Translations under genes and position numbers: made by a program
NCBI RefSeq assembly: GCF_004010195.1
Contig: NC_057718.1
Location: 66,960,179 to 66,988,881 of the forward strand
Source: Chiloscyllium plagiosum
Lineage: Eukaryota
DNA length: 28,703 nucleotides
Direction of reading: 5' to 3'
Shown: positions 20,198 through 28,703 of the stretch, in pieces
Layout: each line of letters starts with the position of its first letter
Position numbering within the stretch: position 1 is the first letter of the stretch
Notes under the pieces: model-generated
The model's input: the letters and a program-made list of their open reading frames with translations, nothing else
The model's database searches: none
Told to the model about the DNA's origin: nothing

Positions 20198-21599
20198 CCA
20201 TGTATCTGATGCCCTTATTTTTCTCATTGTGGGAGGCCATGGGTTTAGAAAATGTTATCTAAAGAGCCCTGGTGAGTTCCTGCAGTCCAGCTTGAAGATG
20301 GTACACATTGCTGCCACATATGTCAGTGATGAAGATGGTGACAATCAAATGGACTACTTTGTCCTGGATAGTGTTGAGCATCTTGAGTATTGTTTGAGCT
20401 GCAACCATCCAGGTACATGACTAGTGCTTTGTAAATGATAGACAGGCATTGGAGAGACAAGAGTGAAGTTACTTGCTGCAAAATTCCTAGTCTTTGGCCT
20501 GCTTAGTCACAGAATTTATGTGGCTGGTCCAGTTCAGTTTATGATCAATGATTAACTTTACAATAATTATAGGGAGGGATTTAGTGATGGCAATGTTTGA
20601 ACTACAAAGGGCCATGATTTGGAATGTTCTTGTTGGAGATGCTCATTGTTGGCATTTGTGAGACAAATGTGGCTTGCTACTTATCAGTCCAAGTATGTAT
20701 GTCATCCAGGTCATACTGATATCAATGTGTACTTCAACACCTGAGGAATCATAAATGATGCTGATCATGGTGAATCATCAGCAAACATCCCCATTTCTGA
20801 CCTTATGGTTGGGAAAGGCCACTAATGAAATAGTTGAAGATGGTTGGGCCTAGGACACTATACTGGGGAACTCCTGTAGTAATGTTCTGGGGCTGAAATG
20901 ACTGACCTCCAATAACCACAATCATCTTCCTTTGTGCTAGGTATGGCTTCAACCAACAGAGAGCTTTCCTTAAATTCTCATTGACTCTGGTTTTGCTCTC
21001 CTTGATAACATGTTGTTTTGATATCAACAGCAATCATTCTGTCCTTAGCTCTGAAGTCTATGTGTGGACAAAGGCTATAATGAAATCTGGAATTGAGTGT
21101 TCTGGCTGGACGCAAACTGACCATCAATGCGTAGATATTTTCAAGTGCTGCTTGATTGTACTGTTGGCAATCCCCTTCCATTGCTTTGTGGACAGTTAAG
21201 AGTAGGCCATTTTGGTGGTAATTGGCCAAGTTGAATTTGTTCTGCTTTTTATGTACGGGACATACCTAGGCAATTCTCCACACTGGTGAGTAGCTACCAG
21301 TGATATAAATGTACTGTAACAGCTTGGCTTGGGGCTTAGCTTGTTCTTGAGCCCAAATCATCAGTATTATTGCCCGTATATTGTCAGGGCCCACAGCTTT
21401 TGTAACATTCAATGTCTTCACCTGATTCTTGATACCATGTGGATTGAACCAAATTGGATGAAGACAGTTAGCTATGCTGCTGGAGATGTTAGGAGGAAGT
21501 CAAAGTGAATCATTATGTGGTTGTTATAGTTGAAAATGAATGTGTTTTGACAATGTGAAGGGCTCCTTCATCAGGATGGAGATGTTGTAGTCTCCTTAT

Positions 21600-23684
21600 T
21601 AGACAGGAGCTTGCAAGGGTTGATTGGAGTAGTTCGTTTGCAGGCAAAGGGACCTCCAGCAAGTGGGAGGCCTTTAAAAGTGAGATAGCTAGAGTTTAAG
21701 GTCTGTATGTTCCTATGACGGTGAAGGGCAAGATTGGCAGGAATAGGGAACCCTGGACAATAAGAGATATTGAGGCTTTGACCAGAAAAAAGGAGGCATG
21801 GCTCATGTATAGGTAGTTAAGATCAAGGGAATCCCTGGAAAAATATAGAGGATACAGGAGCTTACTGAATCAGGAGGACAAAAAGGCAGCACAACATGGC
21901 CTTAGCTGAGAAGATTAGGTTGAATCCAAAAAGGTTCTTTAAGTATATTAAAGGAGAAAGAACAACTAGAGTGAGAATAGGACCCTTTAAGAACCATAGT
22001 GGACATCTATGTGTAGAAGCACAGGAGATGGGCGAGGTCATCAACTAATATGTCCCCTCTATGGAGAAAGATATGAAGACTTGGGAACTTGTGGAAGTTA
22101 GGGGTGATATTTTGGGGACAGCCTACATCACAGTAGAGGAGGTATTGGATACATTAGAATGTATGAAGGTGGATAAATCTCCTGGTCCTGACCAGATATA
22201 TGCAAGAACACGGCAACAGGATAGGGAAGAAATTTCAGGGGTCCTGACTGATATTTTTGCATCATCATTAGCCACGTGTGTTGTCCTGGAAGATTGGAAA
22301 ATCGTGAACGTAGGGCCATTTTTCAAGAAGGGCTGCAAAGATAAACCTGGAAACTATAGACCAGTAAGCCTAACATCTGTGGTGGGTAAGTTACTTGAGA
22401 AGAAACTCAGAGATAAGATATACATGCATTTGGAAAGACAGGATTTGATTAGGACTCATCAGCATAACTTTGTGGTAGGAGATCATGCCTCACAAATTTG
22501 TTAGAGTTTTTTGATGAAGTGACCAAGAAGGTTGATGAGGGCAGAGTGCTAGACATAGGCTATATGGATTTCAGTAAGGCCTTTGATAAGGTTCCATTTG
22601 GTAGGCTGCTCTGGAAAGTTAGATCGCATGGAATCCAGGGGAAGCTGGCAAATTGGGATACAAAATTAGCTTGACGGTAGGAAGCAGAGGGTAATAGTAG
22701 AAGGATGCTTGTTGGACTGGAGGCCTCTGACTAGTGGTATGCCTCAGGGGTCAGTGCTGGGCCCATTACTGTTTGTTGTCTATATCAATGATTTGGATGA
22801 GAATGTATAAAGCATGATTAATAATTTGCAGATGACACTAAAATAGGTGGTATCATGGACCGTAAGGAAGGTTTTCAGAAATTGCAGCAGAACCTTGATC
22901 AGCTGTGGAAGTGGGCAGTGAAATTGCAAATGGAGTTTAATATAGATAGGTGTAAGCTCTTGCATTTTGGAAAGTCAAATCAAAGTAGGAGTTTCCTGGT
23001 GAATGGTAGGGCCTTAAGGAGTTTAGTGGAACAGATGGACCTTGGAGTTCAGATGCACAGTTCTCTGAAAGTGGAGTCACAGGTAGATATCGTAGTGAAG
23101 AATGCTTTTGGCACACTGGCCTTCAGTCAGGGCATTGAGTACAGAAGTTGAGAAGTTATGTTGCAATTGCACAAGACATTGGTGAGGCCGCACTTGGAAT
23201 ATTGTTTTCCATTTTTGTCACCTTGCTATAGGAAGGATGTTATTATACTGGTACAAGTGCAGAGGAAATTTGCAAGGATGTTGCCAGGACTCAAGAGGGT
23301 GGACAAGCTTGGGCTTTTTTCTTTAGAGAGTGGAAGACTGACGGGGGAATTTATAGAGGTTTACAAGATCATGAGAAGCATGGATAGGGTGAATGCACTC
23401 AATCTTTTTCCCAGGGTTAGGGAATAAAGGCCTTGGGATGCATTAGTTTAAGGTTAGAGAGGAAAGAATAAAAGGGAATCTGAGGGACAACTTTTTTACA
23501 TAAGAGGTTGTTATGCATATGGAATGAGTTGCCATTGGAAATGGTTGAGGCGGGAACATTAGCAACAATTAAACATTATTTGGACAAATACATGGATAGG
23601 AAGAGTTTAGAAGGACATTTTTGTCAGCATGAACTAGTTTGAGCTGAAAGGCCTATCTCCATACTGTAGGACTCTATGACTCTA
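21600..23684 (+). mobile_element. CR1/HER1 LINE, 5'-truncated, decayed
   Basis: KWEAFKSE, DKSPGPDQIY, EDWKIVNV..PGNYRPVSLTS, YMDFSKAFDKVP, GMPQGSVLGPLLF, FADDTK, RPHLEYC; tail gactctatgactcta. Confidence 0.95.
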
Positions 23685-23689
23685 ACTAG

Positions 23690-24560
23690 AATTTTTCCCT
23701 TCTGTTGCCTCCTTCTCCTCCATTGGAATGGCAATTAGAGAGTGTGGTGTTCTCAGCTCTACTGCCCTTGTTCTCCTCGATGATGGAGACTGCAAGTTTG
23801 GAAAGTGCTGTTGAAGGAGGCTTGACAGGTTAGTGTAGAGGATCTGTAGGTGGCACGTAAGGCTCTGCTGTATATCAGTGGTGGAAAGACTCAATTCACT
23901 CTTTAAGGTGGTGGACAGGTTGACAATCTGTAGGCTGATTTGACCTAATTGGTTTCTCATTTCTTGGGTGTTTTTGGAGTTGCATTATTCTACACAAGTT
24001 TAGAGTATTCCATCACACTCTGACTTGAGCATTTTCAATAGTGGAAAGGTTTTGGGGAGTTAGAAGATGACTTATGTGCCACAGAATGCCTAGCGTCTGA
24101 CCAGCTCTTGTAGCCATTGTATTAATATAGCTGGTTCAGTTTCATTTCTCGTCAATCATAGTCACCAAGTTGTTGAGTCAGGAATTCAGCAATTTATACA
24201 GTTGAATGTGAAGGAGGGTTGACTGAACTTTCTTTCATTTGAGATGAACTTACTTGGCACTTGTATGGTGCGACTTAGACTTGCCAGCCACTTATCAACC
24301 TAAGCCTAAATGTTGCCCAAGATCTTGCTGTGGACTTCAGTATATGAAAAATTGCAGATGGTTCTGAACAGTTTGCAATCATCAGCAAACTTTACAATTT
24401 CTGGCCATATGGTCATTACACAGAGAAGGTCATTAATGAAGCGACTGAAAATGTTTGGGCCTAGGATTCTATCTAGAGGAACTTGAGCAACGATGTCTTG
24501 AGCTTGTGGTGATTGGCTTCCAATAACCATAACCATCTTCCAGACCTGATATGTATGTCT
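23690..24560 (-). mobile_element. second-lineage CR1-clade LINE fragment
   Basis: ORF 24306-24536 VMVIGSQS..QDI..ILGPNIFSRFINDL..KFADDC. Confidence 0.8.
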
Positions 24561-24868
24561 TGACCAATGGACGTCCTCCTTCTATCTGTCCACTCCACTT
24601 GTCTGTTTTTCCATTCAAGTCCCAGTTGCCATATCCACCACTGAAAGTCAGCAGTCTTCCAACAACCATGGAACCATATAAACTATTGAAAAGGTACAAC
24701 ACTGAAAGAGGCCATTCAGCCTGTCATGCCCGTGCCTGCTAAATACATTAACGCCCATTGTAACCCTATTTTCCAGCACCTGAACTTTAGCCTTGCAGTT
24801 TACCACATTCGGGTACATATCCAGGTTCCTTTGGATGTAGGTTTGCTTGCTGAGCTGCAAGGTTCTTT

Positions 24869-24908
24869 TCAGACATTTCGTCAATATACTAGGTAACACC
24901 TTCAGTGA
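24869..24908 (-). ncRNA. decayed minimal hammerhead motif (left arm)
   Basis: Reverse complement TCA-CTGAAGG-T-GTTAC-CTAGTATA-TTGAC-GAAA-TG-TC-TGA. Confidence 0.55.
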
Positions 24909-25497
24909 GCCTCCGAATGAAGCACTGGTGGTGTAGCCCGCTTTCTATTTATATGTTTGAGTTTCCTAGGTTGGTGATGTCATTTCCTGTTCTTTTTCTC
25001 AGGAGTGGTAAATGGGATCCAAGTCAATGTGTTTGTTGATAAAGTTCCGGTTGAAATGCCATGCTTCTAGGAATTCTCGTGTGTGTCTCTGTTTGGCTTA
25101 TCCTAGGATGGATGTATTGTGCCAGTCGAAGTGTGGTCCTTCCTCATCCATATGTAAGGATACTAGTACTAAAATAGCAGCTAATGAACTTGAAAGACCC
25201 GAAACAGACAACAAGCAAAACTAATATCATTTACAAAATACCTTGCAAGAACTATAACAAACAGGCAGAAAACTAGCTACCAGAACACATGAACATCAAC
25301 TAGCCACAAAAAGACCTGACCCACTCTCACTAGTATCCTTGAGGAAGGACACCACTTCGACTGGGACAACACATCCATCTTAGGACAACCAAACAGAGAC
25401 ACACATGAGAATTCCTAGAAGCATGGCATTCCAACCGGAACTCTATCAACAAACACATTGACTTGGATCCCATTTACCACCCCCCTCAGAAAAAGAA

Positions 25498-25551
25498 CAG
25501 GAAATGACATCACCATAGGAAATGACATGGCCACAGGAAATGACATCACCA
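25498..25551. repeat. 18-bp tandem repeat x3 within the Penelope 3' region
   Basis: caggaaatgacatcacca / taggaaatgacatggcca / caggaaatgacatcacca. Confidence 0.9.
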
Positions 25552-25609
25552 ACCCTAGGAAACTCATAAATAGAAAGCAGGCTACACTACTAGTGCTTCA
25601 TTTGGAGGA

Positions 25610-25637
25610 TGACTGAAGATTGTGACGAAACATCTGA
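25610..25637 (+). ncRNA. decayed minimal hammerhead motif (right arm, stem II deleted)
   Basis: CTGAAGA-TTGTGAC-GAAA-CA-TC-TGA. Confidence 0.45.
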
Positions 25638-26744
25638 AAATGAGACTTTCAGCTCAGCGAGCAAGCCTGTATCCAGAACCTCAACCAGAGCTACAAATCT
25701 TCTCAATACTGGCAATGTTCCTTTTAAATGAGTTGACAGTTTCCACCTCAACCAACAAACTGGAAAGCTAATTCCAGATGCCCACTACTCTCTAGGTAAA
25801 AAAGCCACTAAATGCATTGTGTTCCCTCTAATCCAGCTACCAATCACATTAAAGTTGTGTTTACTCGCAACTGACCTCTCCACAAGGGGAATCAACTACT
25901 TTCTATGGATTCTATTCAAATCCTTCATTGTTTTGTTCAGTTAAGTCATGTGTTAGCCTCCTCTGTTCTGAGGAAAACAGCTCCAGCCTGTCCAAACTTT
26001 CCTCATATCTGCAATATTTAAGCCCTGACAACATTCTTGTTAATGTTCTCTGTAAGCTGTTCTTCCTGTAAAGTGGTGACCAGAAGTATACACAAAGTTC
26101 CAGCTGTAGCTAGTGTTCTCGAGTTCCAATATTACATCCCTGCTTTTGTATTCAGTACTTCACCTGATACAAGATATCATCTGATCTACCTTCTTTACCA
26201 ACTTATTTACCTGTCCTGGGATCGTAAGGGACCAATGGAGCTGTAGTCCAATTTCTCTCATTTCTTCTACCTCTCAATGCCCTCCAATTTATTGCTGTAT
26301 TTGCCTTCCCCAAATATACAACTTTCACTTCTCTGAATTGAATTCCATTTGTCACTTTTCTGCCAGTTCAATGATATTGTTGATATTCCTCTGCAGTCAA
26401 CAGCCATTATCTTCATCATCAACTACTTGGTCAATTTGTGTGTCATTTGCAAATTTCCCAATCACACTTAAGTCTAAATCATTAACATATTGTAGAAACA
26501 GCAAGAAACTTAACACTGAGCCCTGCAACACACCATTGGAAATTGCTTTTCATTTACAAAAACTTCTAAACCTTTTGTTTCCTCTCACTGAGCCAATTTT
26601 AGATCCAAATCCCTACATTCTCCGGTGTCATAAGGACTTTAATTTTTCTGACCAGTCTGTCATGTGGGACTTTCTCAAATAAAATCATTGGTAATTGTTA
26701 TATTCACCATTACAAAGACAATATTACCAAGTTTATTAATTTAG

Positions 26745-26850
26745 GTTAAATTCCACCAGCTGTGATGGTGGGATTTGGACTCATTCCCGAAAGCCAGAGT
26801 ATTGGATTGCTAGTCCAGTGGCACTACAACTATGCTGCCATCTTCCCCCT
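26745..26850 (-). mobile_element. tRNA-derived SINE head fragment (non-HE1)
   Basis: Reverse strand ggggaagatggcagcatagttgtagtgccactggactagcaatcca...gagtccaaatcccacc (A/B-box-like); homologous to 27265-27360. Confidence 0.6.
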
Positions 26851-27107
26851 TAACCGTGTTGTAGTCACAGGACTAGCAAAGGCTTGGATCACTAGGCCAG
26901 GCAAAGGCACATAGAAAACAGGCACTAAAGAAATGCACAAGGCAGACATTTGTGCAGAATATTGGATGGGTTGTTTGATGAGCTTGGTTTGGACTGTGTG
27001 TTTTATGGTGGCTTTTATATCAGTATTGTGGCCAAGTTGATGTGGCGATGATCATTACCAAAGAAAAGCAACATATCAGAATGTTGTTGAAAGGGGGACC
27101 ATTTGAA

Positions 27108-27360
27108 AAATTCATTCATAATATGTGAATGTCACAGGCTGGGCCAGCATTTACTGTCCATTCCTTAATACTCTTGAACTGAGTGGCTTCCAATGCTATT
27201 TTGGAAGGTATTTAATAATCAATCATATTGCTGTGCATCTGGAGTTACATGTAGGCTGCACCAGGTTAAATTCCATCATTCTATGTTGGGATTCAAATCT
27301 ATGTTCACAGACTCTGGGATCCTTAATCTAATAACATTATCAATATGACATCTCCTTCCT
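27108..27360 (-). mobile_element. tRNA-derived SINE sharing its tail with the second-lineage LINE
   Basis: Head with B-box-like gatttgaatccc, body cctacatgtaactccagatgcacagcaatatgattga, tail (plus strand) gctgggccagcatttactgtccattcc. Confidence 0.65.
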
Positions 27361-28535
27361 ACAATAGACCGATTAGCCATTAGGGACAACCTGGCCATAA
27401 AGGCCAGAAAGAGCATATGTTGGTTGTCTCTTTCATTCTATCTTCTTCTCATTCTCCTCCTTATCAGCTCTTCATACCTCTACACGCCTGTGCCTTCTTG
27501 GTGGGGATTTCATCTAGAATGCAACAGGCCAAGATGGTTTGTGAATCAAGCTTAGCAAACATTGCAGGGCTACTCCAGTACAGTCTTGGCAGCAGAACCA
27601 TTGCTTACTAACCCAGTGATCTGTACCATTATATTTTGTGCCCGAGCTTTGTTCTCGTGTGTGGTGGTCACATAATCTTGGGCTCTGCACCGGAATTCTG
27701 AGTCAGCTTGTCATTGAACAATTCTTATCACCCAGTAACTACAGTCTGGTTTGGTGCCATGGCTAAGTACTGATGTGTAATAGGTTGGTGCCGATTAAAG
27801 GGATCATGACTTCTGCTAAGAAAGAGTGCCTTTTATTTCAATGATGTACTGAGCATAGATGTCCATCAATTGCATATTCAGGTTGTAATACATCTCTGCA
27901 TTAAGACTTAGTGTGTGCAGGCAATGGCACACAATATTATGGGAAGCCCATTATTCTAGCAACTCCATTTGCATACTCCACCTATTTTTCTTTTGAAATA
28001 GAAGGCAAACTATTCCTCTCTCCTGGCATACAGAGCATCAGCAACCTCTCATTTATAGCAGTAAACAATAAACAATAAAATGTTAGCGTAGACCCATCCT
28101 CCAAACTAGACTGACTTTTAGAACTTCAGGGCCACACTGACCTTACTCAGTACCGTAGCAGTACTGTCTGAGGTCAGAAGTTGGCATATTTCAATGAACA
28201 CCTTCCTCGTGTAGCAAACATCACACACTGTTCCTCATTGAGCTTAGTATAAGAAGATTGTTCTCTAAGGATTTGGTTGGATGTTATGTCCTGCTAAGAG
28301 CCCTCCAAACACCCCTCCTCCCACTTCAAGCAGATTTCCTTCTCCTTGTTACCTTTGCTGAATCTCCCTATCATGCTGCAGTCAAGAGAAATAGTAACAA
28401 AAGTACCCAGCTCAATCAGCAGAATCCTTGAGATGAGAACCAACGCCTTCACCACATTTAACACTACTCTTTGTGGACATAACCAACATAATTGTGTTCA
28501 ATCCACCAAACTCTCCAACAGCTCAGCTGCAGACA

Positions 28536-28703
28536 AAGGTAAACTGGCCAAGAATATTAAGGAGGATAGTAAAAGCTTTTTTAGGTATGTGCAAGGCAAA
28601 AAAATGGTTAGGACAAAAATTGGGCCCTTGAAGACAGAAACAGGGGAATATATTACTAAGAAATGGCAGAGGAATTAAATGGGTACTTCAGATCCGTGTT
28701 CAC
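28536..28703 (+). mobile_element. CR1 ORF2 fragment, continues beyond the window
   Basis: KGKLAKNIKEDSKSFFRYVQGKKMVRTKIGPLKTETGEYI resembles LASRIRENPKAFYSYIRCKRVTRERIGPRK in the 430-aa ORF. Confidence 0.85.

Larger units (their letters stand above)
19650..21585 (-). mobile_element. second-lineage CR1-clade LINE(s), decayed (tail fragment 19650-19850, then main copy)
   Basis: ORF 20803-21033 WLKPYLAQRKMIVVIGGQS..TTGVPQYSVLGPTIFNYFI; reverse gggatgtttgctgatgat (MFADD) near 20775; tail gcatttattgcccatcc. Confidence 0.85.
24833..25716 (+). mobile_element. Penelope-like element (Poseidon/Penelope-type): GIY-YIG domain, long inverted 5' arm, 8-bp TSD
   Basis: Frameshifted plus-strand peptides KTNIIYKIPCK, QTGRKLATRTHEH, GHHFDWDNTSILGQ, EFLEAWHS..SINKH. 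Arms at about 24833-25168 and 25329-25675. TSD gttccttt at 24825-24832 and 25717-25724. Confidence 0.92.
24690..26680 (-). mobile_element. old CR1 3' half, split by the Penelope insertion
   Basis: Tail gaggccattcagcc at 24708. RT remnants tgtcatttgcaaattt (KFANDT), gaattccatttg (QMEF), aacactgagccctg (QGSV). Confidence 0.85.

Noticed and set aside
27417..27611. 64-aa ORF as a host gene
   Set aside because: No recognisable domain and no compatible neighbouring plus-strand exons.
28346..28678. 110-aa ORF as a fusion protein
   Set aside because: Chance read-through from unique DNA into a 5'-truncated CR1 fragment.

Overview
Eukaryotic, non-genic or intronic DNA from a draft assembly with one 468-N gap. 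The repeat content (HE1-like V-SINEs, HER1/CR1 LINEs with short microsatellite tails, Penelope-like fragments) points to a cartilaginous fish, most likely a shark; this is an inference. Most of the window is decayed, often nested retroelements: (i) many CR1/HER1-type LINE fragments, the largest a 3.2 kb minus-strand copy with an ORF1 esterase remnant, AP endonuclease and RT; (ii) a second CR1-clade LINE lineage with an A-rich tail, plus tRNA-derived SINEs sharing that tail; (iii) HE1-like SINEs; (iv) six Penelope-like insertions from about three families, several with inverted arms and target-site duplications (TSDs); (v) a probable MITE end. The most notable signal is six minimal hammerhead-ribozyme motifs (CUGANGA-stem II-GAAA-CG-UH) inside the Penelope-like pieces. 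Two tiny TSD-flanked inserts begin right at the ribozyme core. Hammerheads in Penelope elements are already known as a class. No intact host gene, CRISPR array or prokaryotic system is supported. A few minus-strand exon-like segments in unique DNA are speculative. I see no convincing wholly new biological system.
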